NCBI GenBank assembly: GCA_043511425.1
Contig: CP121331.1
Location: 1,529,983 to 1,593,982, forward strand
Reading direction: 5' to 3'
DNA: 64,000 nt
Origin: Sphingobacteriales bacterium
GTDB lineage: Bacteria > Bacteroidota > Bacteroidia > NS11-12g > UBA9320
Part shown: positions 18,149-29,378 of the stretch, piece after piece
Layout of the letters: every line of letters begins with the position of its first letter
Numbering within the stretch: the first letter of the stretch is position 1
The notes under the pieces: generated by a model
Databases searched by the model: none
The model's input: only the letters and a program-made list of their open reading frames with translations
What the model was told of the DNA's origin: nothing
Made by a program: the position numbers and the translations under genes

Positions 18149-19592
18149 TTAATTATCCGTCACTTCTAACTCTTCGGTAGACGCGACTATGGAAGAAACC
18201 GTAGCATCTCCAGTAACATTTACCACGGTACGACACATATCCAATATTCTATCTACCGGCAATATAATTGCGATCCACGCAGGGTTTAGCCCTACGCTTT
18301 CTAACACTACAATCATAAGGACAAGTCCTGCACTAGGCACGGCTGCCGCTCCTATGCTGGCCAGTGTAGCAGTAAGCACTATTACCATCTGTTGTGTAAA
18401 ATCTAGATCTATCATATGAAACTGTGCCATTGCCACTACGGCTACTGCCTGATATGTACTGGTCCCATCCATATTTACAGTAGCACCTATCGGTAGCACA
18501 AAGCTCCAAATAGGCTTAGGAACCTTTAGGTTGTCATTTACACATTCCATAGTCACGGGCAAAGTAGCCATACTACTGCTTGTGCTAAATGCTGTTATCT
18601 GAGCTTGTCTGATACCCGCTAAAAACTGTTTTATAGTGATGCGCTTCGCAAATAGATGAATGAGTAATGGGTAATAGATGAACGCAACCACAATTAGAGC
18701 AACCACCAAAACCCAAGAATAATGTCCTAAAAAAGAAAGTTGCTGATTGAGTTTATCTAAATTGTCACCTGCAGACTTCACCAAACTTCCCGCCATAAGT
18801 GCAAAAACAAAAACGGGCATCACACTAATAACAGCATTGATCATGGCTATAAATACCTCATTCATTCCATTGACCAATTTACGTACTGGCTTAGCACTCT
18901 TTTTAGGCAACTGAACCAAGATTACACCAAAGAAGATTGCAAAGAATATAACTTGAAGCATGTTTGAACTCCCTTCTTCATCGGATATGGAGTAAAAAAT
19001 GTTTTGAGGGAATATATCCACTAACTTAGCCAATGGACCTTTAGACTTTTCTTTTGCTGCCTTCTCTAACTTATCCAGCGCTTCAGGGTCTATTGGCGTC
19101 ATGGCTAACCTATCTCTCACCTGAATTACTTTATCTGAATACTGTGGATCCGTCAGAAAACTTACGTCATCTAATCTTGGAGCTGCGGGAGTCTCCGAGA
19201 GCCACAATTCATATTCAATACGCTTTTCTATTCGCGAGTCCTCAGAAGGAAATGTTCCCGGCTTAATCAAATTTACAAGCAAGAGTCCTATAAGAATAGC
19301 ACTCATCGTGGTTCCTACATAAATCAATAGCGTTTTAATACCTACTCTACCAAGCTGCTTGATATTTTTAAGACTACCTATCCCTGCTATGATTGAAAAA
19401 AGGACCATAGGAACAGCTATGAGCTTGAGTACTCTTACAAAAATCACCCACAAATGGGGCAATATAATCTGCAGTAAACTGTACTCCAGCCTTTGTATCA
19501 TTTACATCAGCGTAATACACCACTGACACGGCATAGATTACACCCAATACCAATGCTATGATAACCTGCCAATGCAGAGCCATTTTTTTCAT
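18149..19592 (-). CDS. Dicarboxylate/amino-acid:cation symporter (DAACS/GltP family). The reading frame is broken by +1 nt in an A5 run (plus-strand 19439-19443).
   Basis: The N-terminus MKKMALHWQVIIALVLGVIYAV...IAPFVGDF is in the frame of ORF 19374..19592. The continuation VRVLKLIAVPMVLFSII is in ORF 18149..19501. Deleting one T/A restores GDFVRVLKL. Confidence 0.85.
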
Positions 19593-19969
19593 AGCGTCAA
19601 ATCAAAAGAAATTATTTGAGAATATAACTAGTCTAACCAAAATGAATCCGCTATCCAACCTTCATTCGCCTCTATTACCATAAAATCACTCCTCTCTTAG
19701 AAAACATCGCAGGAAAACAGTTTTTACCCCTTGAAAAGACGGATAGCACACTCTCCATATTTCGTTGTTAAAAAATATTTTAATCTCTGACAATCAAGCA
19801 CTTAATCACAAATCAGTCGCTTAAGCATCCGTTCGTCGAAAAACACACTTTTACCGTATACAAGAGATTAGTCTACCTGCTATCTTTGATAGTAAGTTCG
19901 TGCAGTGCATTTAACAACCTGTGTGCGCATGTGCTAATACTTTTATGTTTTTTTAAGAATAAAAACAGA

Positions 19970-20458
19970 ATGAAAAAATCAGTAATCGTATGGCTATGTG
20001 CCGTACTTATGAGCGTATCGGCATATGCTCAATCTATCCCTGCCGCTAAAGTTCCGAGTCCTGTAAAAAAGACCCTAATGACCAAGTACCCTAAAGCTTC
20101 TGAAGTGGAATGGGAAAAAGTAGGGACCTCCTACCTGGCTATGTTTTCAAATGGTGACGATTGGACAGAAGCTACGTTCTCAGCTACTGGTGTATGGCAA
20201 AAAACTGCTGTAAATATGGACCCAGAGAAACTGCCTGCAGCATTGGCACAAACAGTAAAAAAAGGAAATCCTAATTTTGAAATCTCTAGTGTGATACGCA
20301 AAGATGTGGCTGCTGGACCGCCAACATATGAAATTATTCTAGATGGTGAAACAGAGAGCTACACGGCAATATACAAAGCCGATGGTACACTGGTAAGCAA
20401 AGTGAAAGCTGAAGAGGAAGAATACGAAGAATCAGACTCTGACGAAGGAGATTATTAA
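19970..20458 (+). CDS. Secreted PepSY-like/DUF2874-like beta-lactamase-inhibitor-fold protein with an acidic C-terminal tail.
   Basis: Signal peptide MKKSVIVWLCAVLMSVSAYA, repeated PepSY-like modules (EVEWEKVGTSY, TYEIILDGETESY), and an E/D-rich C-terminus. Confidence 0.45.
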   Translation: MKKSVIVWLCAVLMSVSAYAQSIPAAKVPSPVKKTLMTKYPKASEVEWEKVGTSYLAMFSNGDDWTEATFSATGVWQKTAVNMDPEKLPAALAQTVKKGNPNFEISSVIRKDVAAGPPTYEIILDGETESYTAIYKADGTLVSKVKAEEEEYEESDSDEGDY

Positions 20459-20485
20459 TCGCTCCTCTATATAAAAATGTAATAC

Positions 20486-20521
20486 TAAAAAAGCATCCCG
20501 CAGAGCGGGATGCTTTTTTTA
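20486..20521. terminator. Bidirectional rho-independent terminator between convergent genes.
   Basis: A6, then a 9-bp perfect stem GCATCCCGC/GCGGGATGC with loop AGA, then T7. Confidence 0.85.
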
Positions 20522-20551
20522 TTGCCTTGAAAATAGAAGTACCTGCTTACC

Positions 20552-22084
20552 CTACAAAAGTCCTTTGAGCAGCGCTTTCATACTCACCTCTTTTGAGATG
20601 ATGCTTTCTAGCTCACTGATCTTTACACGGCTCTGCTCCATAGAGTCACGGTGACGAATGGTAACCGTCTCGTCTTCTAAACTATCATGATCTATCGTGA
20701 TGCAAAATGGAGTACCTATCGCATCTTGTCTTCTGTAGCGTTTACCTATCGCATCCTTTTCTTCGTAGAAGCAATTAAACTCTAAGCTCAAATCCTTCAT
20801 GATTTTCCGTGCCATTTCTGGCAAACCGTCTTTTTTCATCAATGGAAGAATGGCACACTGATAGGGAGCCAGAGCTGCGGGAAGTCTGAGCAGGGTTCGC
20901 GTCTTACCTTCACCTAAATCCTCTTCTTCCAATGCATTACTCATCAGTACTAAAAACATTCTATCCAGTCCTATGCTCGTCTCTACTACATAGGGAACAT
21001 AGCTTTCATTTCGCTCGTTATCAAAGTACTGCAGTTTTTTACCTGTAAATTCTTCGTGCTTCTTTAAATCAAAATCTGTACGGGAGTGAATGCCTTCCAC
21101 TTCCTTAAACCCAAAAGGAAAATCATACTCAATATCTACCGCAGCATTCGCATAGTGAGCCATCTTTACGTGGTCGTGGTAACGGTACTTCTCCGGATTG
21201 ACACCCAAGTTTGTATGCCACTTCATTCGGTGCTCTTTCCAGTAATCGTACCATTTCATTTCCTCTCCCGGCTGCACAAAAAACTGCATTTCCATTTGCT
21301 CAAACTCCTTCATACGCATGATAAACTGGCGAGCTACTATCTCATTTCTAAAAGCTTTACCCGTCTGCGCTATACCAAAAGGAAGCTTCATTCTTCCCGT
21401 TTTCTGTACGTTTAGGTAATTGACAAATATGCCCTGAGCCGTCTCAGGCCTTAGGTAAATCTGACTCTCTCCATCCGTAGCACTCATCTGGGTACTGTAC
21501 ATCAGGTTAAACTGGCGTACGTCTGTCCAATTCTTACTGCCGCTTACTGGACATGCTATTCCTAACTCTTCTATCAGCTCCTTTACCTTGGTCAGGTCAT
21601 TCTCTAAGCCATCCTTTAACCTAGCATCTATCTCCTCAATCTTGGCATTGTTACGCGCTATATTGGGATTAGTGGCTACGAACTGTGCTTCGTCAAAATC
21701 ATCACCGAATCGCTTCTTAGCTTTATCTATTTCCTTTTGATTTTTGACTCTGTATTTTTCTTGATAGTCTTCTATCAGCACATCTGCTCTATATCTTTTC
21801 TTGTAGTCCTTATTATCTATCATTGGATCACTAAATCCGTCGATGTGTCCACTGGCTTTCCATACTTGTGGAGCCATAAATATAGATGCATCTATACCTA
21901 CGATATTTTCGTGAAGCTGCACCATACTCTTCCACCAGTATTCGCGTATGTTTTTCTTGAGCTCTACTCCGTTTTGTCCATAGTCATATACCGCCGCTAG
22001 GCCATCGTATATTTCACTACTCGGGAAAACAAAACCATACTCTTTGGCGTGGGAAATGACGTTTTTAAAATGTTCTTCAGACAT
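20552..22084 (-). CDS. glyQS: Glycine--tRNA ligase (dimeric class II GlyRS).
   Basis: Class II aaRS motifs; N-terminus MSEEHFKNVISHAKEYGFVFPSSEIYDGL is the canonical GlyRS start; C-terminal anticodon-binding domain. The annotated start is placed at the internal Met (MSEEHF). Confidence 0.93.
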   Translation of the reverse strand: MSEEHFKNVISHAKEYGFVFPSSEIYDGLAAVYDYGQNGVELKKNIREYWWKSMVQLHENIVGIDASIFMAPQVWKASGHIDGFSDPMIDNKDYKKRYRADVLIEDYQEKYRVKNQKEIDKAKKRFGDDFDEAQFVATNPNIARNNAKIEEIDARLKDGLENDLTKVKELIEELGIACPVSGSKNWTDVRQFNLMYSTQMSATDGESQIYLRPETAQGIFVNYLNVQKTGRMKLPFGIAQTGKAFRNEIVARQFIMRMKEFEQMEMQFFVQPGEEMKWYDYWKEHRMKWHTNLGVNPEKYRYHDHVKMAHYANAAVDIEYDFPFGFKEVEGIHSRTDFDLKKHEEFTGKKLQYFDNERNESYVPYVVETSIGLDRMFLVLMSNALEEEDLGEGKTRTLLRLPAALAPYQCAILPLMKKDGLPEMARKIMKDLSLEFNCFYEEKDAIGKRYRRQDAIGTPFCITIDHDSLEDETVTIRHRDSMEQSRVKISELESIISKEVSMKALLKGLL

Positions 22085-22207
22085 ATTTCTAAATTGAGGT
22101 GCAAAATTAGCGTTACCCGTGTGATATACTAATATGCAATACACTTATATAGTAAAACTGTCTCATTGTAAATCCAAGTAGCTATTTATCGTAAAAACTT
22201 CGTAGTA

Positions 22208-23035
22208 TTGATAGGAATGAAAGAGGACAAGATACGCATAGACCCATGCAGCGAAAACTGGGATGCGATGACACCGACTGAGCAAGGTAGACATTGCTCC
22301 AAGTGCGTTAAAACAGTACACGATGTATGCAACACGACTGAAGAGAACATATGGAAAAAGTACGCCGAGAACAACGGCAACATGTGTATTCGCATACAAG
22401 CTGACCGAGTGGCTACTCCGACCCCTCAACTCCCTTGGTACATACGCCTCAGATATACCGCCGCCGCTGCCATACTTACACTACTACTGAGCATACAGCA
22501 CAAACTATCACTGGCTCAGTCCGACAACGTAGATAAAAAAGTAGATGATTATGTAAAAACCATAGATAGCATGAAAATAACGGGCGTAGTTCTAGACAGC
22601 CTACTAGAGGAAAATAAAATCGCTTTTGCGACGGTGATACTATTTAAGAATGACAAAAAAATAGGCGGAGCATTCACCAATTCAGAGGGCAGGTTTGAGT
22701 TGACGGCTTCTGAGGCTGTGTCTGATACTGACAGTATTAGACTAGAAGTGAGTCAGGTCGGCTTCAGCACATTTAGTAAAAAAATAAACGCACTAAAAGA
22801 CTCCTTGGACTGTGAAATATATTGTAAAGAAGAGCACATCTGCTTAAAAGAAGTGACCATCGCGGTGGATCGTCGCAGCTTAAAAGAAGACACAAGAGTC
22901 ATAATGGGCGCAATGCCATTGGGAAGAAGGATGACAGGAGTAATGATTTCAAATGGATCTAGAAAAATACTGGATGATTACGACACAAAAACGTTTTACT
23001 CAGACGAGATCGAGCGGTTCAACCTAGGTAGATAA
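22208..23035 (+). CDS. Hypothetical protein with an N-terminal Cys-cluster and a CarboxypepD_reg-like beta-sandwich domain.
   Basis: CSENW...HCSKCVKTVHDVC cysteine pattern, and ITGVVLD...GRFEL (carboxypeptidase regulatory-like). Confidence 0.3.
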   Translation: MIGMKEDKIRIDPCSENWDAMTPTEQGRHCSKCVKTVHDVCNTTEENIWKKYAENNGNMCIRIQADRVATPTPQLPWYIRLRYTAAAAILTLLLSIQHKLSLAQSDNVDKKVDDYVKTIDSMKITGVVLDSLLEENKIAFATVILFKNDKKIGGAFTNSEGRFELTASEAVSDTDSIRLEVSQVGFSTFSKKINALKDSLDCEIYCKEEHICLKEVTIAVDRRSLKEDTRVIMGAMPLGRRMTGVMISNGSRKILDDYDTKTFYSDEIERFNLGR

Positions 23036-23043
23036 TGCTCGAC

Positions 23044-23910
23044 TTACTTTGGAAAAAAGACTTTCCCATTCACGTAACCATACTTCCCGTTTGACTTCTT
23101 CTGCCAGAGGATGACGTAAAAATAAATATCTACACCATCGCATTGATAGCACGGGATTAGTTCTAAGTTTTCAGAAAAAAGCTCATTTGCTCCCAACTTT
23201 AATTCCTTTCCCATACCCCCAAAATGACCGCCTTTATTTACCTTGTAGTGGGTAGTTACATACGGACCTGCACCTGCTTGACTAGCGATCTCCCCATCCC
23301 ACATCGTATATATTTCTAGAAAATAACTGGCGGAATCTTCTTTTGAATTTTTAACCTGCACCGTAGCATCTAGCCTACCTCTCCCATTATCCGCAGCCGT
23401 AAAACCAATGTAGGCATCTGCTTTTTCTTTGGCCAAGGACCGGAGTCTTTTCATCACCTCTAGCTCGCTAGATCGCTGACCACTATTTATGATATCAAAG
23501 GTGATATCCTTATCATTGATCCATACCTGTGGGGAATACCAAGACTCGATTATCCCATCTACAATAGCTTCACTCGACTCCGTGATAAATATATCTTCGT
23601 ATTTAAAGTGTGTAATAAGTGGCACTATGGTATCTCCCATTTCCTCTGCTACTTGATGTATGAGTGGCACTGCCCATCTGCCACAGCCACCGCAGTTTGT
23701 ACTACCAAAATGGTGCACCAATGGCCTATAGGTGTAATCTACACTGCCCGCTACATCTAGGCTTTCATCCGGTTCCGTCTCCGGTGCTTTATCCTTGCAC
23801 GAAGTGATCATTAATACGCCGATAATAAAAAAGCTGAGCAGGTAGTTATACTGTTTATTCATAAGGATAGGTACAAATATGAGAATTATGGACCAGTGAT
23901 ATCTCCTCAC
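23044..23910 (-). CDS. Lipoprotein with a thioredoxin-like CGGC motif (Omp28-related family, tentative).
   Basis: Lipobox ...MITSC, and HHFGSTNCGGCGRWAVP. The likely true start is the internal Met at about 23862. Confidence 0.35.
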   Translation of the reverse strand: MRRYHWSIILIFVPILMNKQYNYLLSFFIIGVLMITSCKDKAPETEPDESLDVAGSVDYTYRPLVHHFGSTNCGGCGRWAVPLIHQVAEEMGDTIVPLITHFKYEDIFITESSEAIVDGIIESWYSPQVWINDKDITFDIINSGQRSSELEVMKRLRSLAKEKADAYIGFTAADNGRGRLDATVQVKNSKEDSASYFLEIYTMWDGEIASQAGAGPYVTTHYKVNKGGHFGGMGKELKLGANELFSENLELIPCYQCDGVDIYFYVILWQKKSNGKYGYVNGKVFFPK

Positions 23911-23963
23911 TTAGTCAAATCTCTTTTTTTATTAAACGAACAGAATAGTTTTCCTTTGCTACA

Positions 23964-25286
23964 TTGAAAATCATCAGGTCAGATTTTTTAAAAAATGCCG
24001 GCAAGCTATTTAGTGGTTCGCTAGCTGCCCAAGCTATTGGTTTTGGGGCTATCGTATTCTTAGGGCGTATGTACTCTCCCGAAGAGTTTGGCGAACTCGA
24101 TATTTTCATGAAAATGGCGGTAGTACTCGTGGCCATAGCGGGACTTCGATACGAAGTAGCTATTGTGGTGGAAGATGATACTAAAACTGCTCAAGACATT
24201 ACTCGACTAAGCTTAATCTTAAACCTTTTTATCGCTCTAGTAGTCCTCTTAGTGGTCATCAGCTTCAAGAGCAGCATTGCTTCCTTTTTCAAACTAAGCC
24301 ATCCCAACATACTCTACGCCTTACCGCCAGCCATCTGGCTTCTGAGCAGTACCGACACCCTTGTGAATTGGCGCAACAGGGCCAGAGAATACGGAGTCAT
24401 ATCTACCAATCGTATTGCGACTTCACTCTCCGGAGTAGGTTATAAATTAGCGCACCCTTTCCTCGCTGTGGTTTCTGGGAATGGATTGGTCATTGGTCAA
24501 ATCCTTGGGCAGGTCGTAGCGTTGATACATATCGTATTCAAACTCCCCTTTTCGTTATTCCAGACCTCTAGCGACGCTATCAGAACCGTAGCTAAGAAGT
24601 ATAAATCCTTTGCACTGTTTAGCTCTCCAGCTGCTTTACTCAACATCCTAGCCGTGAATATGCCATGGTTTATGATAGCCACGTTTGATGGACAAGCAGC
24701 CACGGGTCATTTTGGCAATGCATATAAACTCACGTATTTACCCATGAGTATGTTGGCGCTAGCTTTAGGTCAAGTATTTTTTGAGAAGATAGCCCGTATC
24801 AAATCAGACAAAAAAGAAGCCGCTGCTATGTCGCATCAGCTCGTAAGCCTAATGTTTTGGGCAGCTCTTATTCCTGTGGTGATACTTGCGGTTTGGGGAG
24901 ACCAAATAGCTCCTGTCGTATTGGGTGACCAATGGCACGAGGCAGGCATCTATATTCAGATTACCATACTCTTTTACTTCTCCATGTTTCTGACCACTTC
25001 TTTTTCGAGCGCTTTCTCTACCTATAATAAACTCAACTTTCAGCTTTTATATAACCTTGCATTCTTAATCTTCACCTCGTGTGCATTGTATTTCGGATAT
25101 ACCATTGGCGGTAGCACCAGAGTTGCACTCGCTTGGTTTACCATAGTGGGAGCAGTCCTCAGAATCTTAGTTCTTAATTATTTCTTCGTCCTCTTTGGTA
25201 AAAACCTAATCGCAAAGACCATATTTGCTCTGCTCTTCACTGGAATACTTATCTATATTGGATTTGGCATTAAAGAAGGGTTTTAA
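23964..25286 (+). CDS. Oligosaccharide flippase (Wzx/MOP superfamily) polysaccharide biosynthesis protein.
   Basis: About 12 TM helices, 440 aa, typical Wzx topology. Confidence 0.65.
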   Translation: MKIIRSDFLKNAGKLFSGSLAAQAIGFGAIVFLGRMYSPEEFGELDIFMKMAVVLVAIAGLRYEVAIVVEDDTKTAQDITRLSLILNLFIALVVLLVVISFKSSIASFFKLSHPNILYALPPAIWLLSSTDTLVNWRNRAREYGVISTNRIATSLSGVGYKLAHPFLAVVSGNGLVIGQILGQVVALIHIVFKLPFSLFQTSSDAIRTVAKKYKSFALFSSPAALLNILAVNMPWFMIATFDGQAATGHFGNAYKLTYLPMSMLALALGQVFFEKIARIKSDKKEAAAMSHQLVSLMFWAALIPVVILAVWGDQIAPVVLGDQWHEAGIYIQITILFYFSMFLTTSFSSAFSTYNKLNFQLLYNLAFLIFTSCALYFGYTIGGSTRVALAWFTIVGAVLRILVLNYFFVLFGKNLIAKTIFALLFTGILIYIGFGIKEGF

Positions 25287-25292
25287 AGCACC

Positions 25293-25883
25293 GTGGGCAT
25301 AGTAAAAAACATAGCAGAGTCCTTAGACGACAATCTACTCAGACGCTTCGTGAAGTGGCTTTGGCCGCATTATAAGCGTCCACGTACAGGCTATATGAAG
25401 AATCACCAAGTACTGCGTCAGTATTTTTTTTGGCAAAAAATAGTTCGGGTAAATGGTGCAGTGCCATGGCCGGTAGACTTTCGCAGCAAGATAGTAGATT
25501 GGCCAAATATCGATAAAGGTATCTGCTGTGATCCAGGAGATAATCCGGGCATATATATCAATGCCAGCGGAGGATTAAAGTTGGGAAACAATGTAAACAT
25601 AGGCCAAAACGCCATACTCACCACTCAGAATCACTACAAATACGACCACCGAAAAAAGAGCCATACCAAAGGAATAACCATAGGAAATAACGTATGGATA
25701 GGTGCTAATGTGAGTATAGTAGCCGGCACTACCATTGGAAACAATGTCACCATAGGAGCTGGATGCTTTATAAAAGGAGAGATCCCTAGCAACTGTACCG
25801 TGATACTCAAAGCAGAGAACCTAGACATTATCCCAAAGACTAAACCCTACGAATGGGACTGTACACAAGATGAGTTAGGCTAG
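25293..25883 (+). CDS. Left-handed beta-helix (hexapeptide repeat) acetyltransferase, WcaF/NeuD-like.
   Basis: Tandem hexapeptide repeats IGNNVWIGANVSIVAGTTIGNNVTIGAGCFI. Confidence 0.8.
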   Translation: MGIVKNIAESLDDNLLRRFVKWLWPHYKRPRTGYMKNHQVLRQYFFWQKIVRVNGAVPWPVDFRSKIVDWPNIDKGICCDPGDNPGIYINASGGLKLGNNVNIGQNAILTTQNHYKYDHRKKSHTKGITIGNNVWIGANVSIVAGTTIGNNVTIGAGCFIKGEIPSNCTVILKAENLDIIPKTKPYEWDCTQDELG

Positions 25884-26020
25884 CAGATACCGGTAAAATA
25901 CAGGCAGGTAATGAGCAACACTAGACCGATTTTTAGCTCCTTCACGAAGTAAAAAATACCCTATGTGTACTTCCTATATAATTTTTATAAAAGATATACG
26001 GTCTAAGTAAATAATAATCT

Positions 26021-26028
26021 TACTTTTG
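26021..26028 (+). promoter_or_regulatory. Bacteroidetes sigma-A -7 box TACTTTTG upstream of rpsT.
   Basis: Exact match to the TAnnTTTG consensus, 24 nt upstream of the ATG. Confidence 0.4.
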
Positions 26029-26051
26029 CAGACCTTTTTTAACAGAACAAA

Positions 26052-26306
26052 ATGGCAAATCATAAAAGCACGCTAAAGAGAATCAGAAGCAACCAAGCTA
26101 AAACAGCTAGGAATAAGTATCAGCATAAAACGACTAGAACTTGGATAAAGAAAGTACGTTTATCTGAAGACAAGTCAGAAGCTGAGAAAGTAATGCGTGA
26201 GACTTTTTCTAAACTAGATAAATTAGTAAAGAAAAACATCATACACAAAAACAAAGCAGCAAACGTGAAAAGCAAATTAGCGAAGCACGTAGCTAATTTA
26301 GGATAA
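26052..26306 (+). CDS. rpsT: 30S ribosomal protein S20.
   Basis: MANHKSTLKRIRSNQAKTARNKYQHKT... is the canonical S20 N-terminus. 84 aa. Confidence 0.9.
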   Translation: MANHKSTLKRIRSNQAKTARNKYQHKTTRTWIKKVRLSEDKSEAEKVMRETFSKLDKLVKKNIIHKNKAANVKSKLAKHVANLG

Positions 26307-26374
26307 TATCCTTCTTAAAATCATATTTTTGAAGCCTTGACGATTTCGTCAGGGCTTTTTCATTTATTGAAATC

Positions 26375-27070
26375 TTGGCAGAATATATCTCTATAAAAAA
26401 CTGGAGCGATGATGACAAACCGCGCGAGAAGCTAGCAGCCAATGGCCGTGAGACACTAAGTAATGCGGAACTACTCGGCATACTCCTGGGCAATGGCACA
26501 CGCAGTAAGTCTGCCGTGGACTTAGCCAGAGATATTCTAAACCTTGCTAAAAATGACCTCAATCAACTGGCGAAACTCAGTGTAAAAGACCTCTGCCAAA
26601 TAAGCGGCATCGGTCCGGCTAAGGCAATTACTATCATAGCTGCGATAGAGCTCGGTGGACGCAGAAAGAAGGCCGAAAGCACCTCGGAGTTTATACGCAG
26701 TAGCCACGACGTGTATGCTTACTTTAGACCACTCCTCCAAGACAAAGAGTATGAAGAATTTTGGGTGTTATTTCTAAACAGAGCTAATAAAATACTGAAA
26801 GGCTACAAAGCAAGTGACGGAGGCGTATCTCATACGGTAGCAGACCCTAAGCGGATATTTAAAGCAGCCTTAGAGCACAACGCTTCCAACCTAGTGCTCT
26901 GCCATAACCACCCCAGTGGGAATCTAAGCCCTAGTACTGCAGACCATCGTCTGACCAAGAAACTAATAGCTGCTGCAAAAAACCTAGACATGAGCATCAT
27001 AGACCATATCATAGTGACCGATGGAGGATACTATTCGTTTGCCGATGAGGGAGAGTTAGGAGGTGGGTAG
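26375..27070 (+). CDS. radC: RadC-family JAB/MPN domain protein (UPF0758).
   Basis: HhH N-terminus (LSNAELLGILLGNGTR) and the JAMM motif HNHPSGNLSPS. Confidence 0.9.
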   Translation: MAEYISIKNWSDDDKPREKLAANGRETLSNAELLGILLGNGTRSKSAVDLARDILNLAKNDLNQLAKLSVKDLCQISGIGPAKAITIIAAIELGGRRKKAESTSEFIRSSHDVYAYFRPLLQDKEYEEFWVLFLNRANKILKGYKASDGGVSHTVADPKRIFKAALEHNASNLVLCHNHPSGNLSPSTADHRLTKKLIAAAKNLDMSIIDHIIVTDGGYYSFADEGELGGG

Positions 27071-27130
27071 TTTGCTCTTGTGCAACAAATAACCTATTCT
27101 AGTGGTCTTAAAGTAAATCTAAAATAAATT

Positions 27131-29366
27131 ATGAAATCATTAAAAATTACCCCCCATTTTAAGAACGCTAGTAATCAGCATATTAGTTATTCCCCCTATG
27201 GTTAGCTTGGCACAAACTGCACCAACTATTGCAGCAGAAAATGGTACAAATGCTATTATTGGATGTACTGATATATATGTCACTAATAGCATTATCCCAA
27301 ATCCTACCATAATTGAATGGTATAAAGATGGAGTTCTTGACCATACCGGAGGAATATCCTACAGCCCTTCCGTGGCTGGAGATTATCACGTAGAATTCCC
27401 TTGGCACGCAGTTCCAAGCAACATTATTGAAGCTGAAGTTTTCATACCAGTATCAATTGTCAAAACAGGAAATTTACTAGGAAATGAGCCGCCTCCAGCA
27501 AGTTGTCACATACCAATTGACTTAGTTCCTACACAACCTAACAACTATAATTATGAAAACTATATGTGGACTAGAAACGGCGATATTCATGATAACAATC
27601 TATCTCTCCACACTTTAGATAGACCTGGCAACTATGTTTTTTCAGTAGACGGACCTTGCGGAATTGAGACAAGTAGTCAAAATATTCAATATACTTGCGG
27701 TTTAGGTAATATGTGCGTTGGGACTTCTTATATTAGTGGAGGTTCTATCACATCGAGTACTAATGTTGGTGATGAAGCTATCGGAGGAACGTTAACTATT
27801 TCTGGGCCAGGTGTTATAGTACTATTTACAGATGAATTAGATATGCAACCGAACTCAAAAATAGTTGTAACCAATGGTGCACAGCTTAATATTGATCGTG
27901 CAATATTTCGATCTTGCGGCACTTGGCAAGGAATTGTAAATGATGGCGGAAGCATAGTTTTTTTTGGAGCGTTAGGAGACAATAAAATTTTTGACGCAGA
28001 AGTAGCTATTACAAATTTAAATGCATCGACCTCTATGGTTATAAGAAGTTTAGTTTTTGAGGACAATGGAGCTCACATTGTTTCACAGAACTCAACATAC
28101 TCTATTGAATCCTGCCTTTTTAAATCCTTATCAAATATCCCAATTACGAACAATACTGCTGCCCTAAGCATACTTGCAAGTAGTAATACTACTCTTCCAA
28201 TGGTCTATGCTCATAATTCAACACTTTCTGATATTCTGTATTGTACGTTTGACCAACGCGACAACAACCAACCTGGAACCCCAGTAGAAGTTACCGCTTT
28301 AGAGTTTAATGATGTAAGTTTAGGTCAAACTATTGGCCTCGACATTTTAGATAACTTCAAATATGGAATCTATGGCGTGGACTGTGATCAATTAAACATT
28401 TCTTCTATCCATTTTGGTAGCGAATATATAAATCTTAACAACCCACCACTCTTTTATGACGTAGCACCTCCTAGATCTCTAAACGGCATCTACTTGAAAG
28501 ACTACAAAAACACAGTACTAAATGATGCTACCATACAAGCTGAGAATATTGGAATTCAGTTTTACCTTAATGAAGACAACACTCCACAGCTCTATGGATC
28601 CCACATTAGTTCTTGTGAAATTTCACTTCATGGAAATGCCGGCGCTCAAAAAACTGGTATCATCATAGCACCAGATGAAAACCCGATGACAAATACAAAC
28701 AGCATCATAAACTCTAGCACGACACCGATAAAACTAGACTTGGAATGTTTAAGGCTACAAGGCTGGGACTACGGCATCGTAGGTAGTGGTATCAAAACAG
28801 ACTGGGTAAGCATCATAGGTGGTCTTGACCCGGCCATAGAGTTTAACAATATCCAAGAATGGCCAATCCTATGGAGTGAAAATATAACTTGGGCTCCGAG
28901 CAATCAGATGAAGTATTATACTGCGAGTCCGTATGCTGACCCATTGATACAAGATATATTGGCCCCTTCATATCCTGCTTTAGATGGGACAGTTATTAAT
29001 GCCGGAAATTATTCAACAGCGGTTGGGGTATATGGCCCATTTTTTTCATCTGCAATTAGTACAACTGGTGTACAGTGTTTGCCTAGCTGGGTTAGGTACA
29101 AAAAAGACCCGCTGAGTGAAGAAGAAATTAACGTAGTAAATGCTGTAGCATATCCTAATCCATTTAATAACAGGCTAAATGTCTCGCTCAATGGTAAGCG
29201 TATAGACCGATTAGAGGTTTACAATAGTATTGGTGAAAGAGTTGCTTCTTTAACTAGCCCTTTAAATGAAGTAGAACTTAATACAGATACTTGGACTTCT
29301 GGTGTATACTACTTAATACTGACAAGCACGATTGAAAAAGTTTCAATAAAAACTGTTAAATACTAG
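27131..29366 (+). CDS. Large secreted protein (beta-helix-like, Asn/Thr-rich) with a T9SS type-A C-terminal sorting domain. The signal peptide is split by a 1-nt indel in a C6 run (27150-27155).
   Basis: The C-terminus YPNPFNNRLNVSL...GVYYLILTSTIEKVSIKTVKY matches Por_Secre_tail. Upstream, MKSLKITP in one frame joins ILRTLVISILVIPPMVSLAQ-TAP in the gene frame if one C is removed. Confidence 0.7.
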
Positions 29367-29378
29367 CTCCTGCTGTTT

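Noticed and set aside
26375-27070. radC as a marker of an integrated mobile element
   Set aside because: RadC is frequent on ICEs and prophages. Here it sits between rpsT and core secreted-protein genes, with no integrase, transposase, tRNA target or direct repeats nearby.
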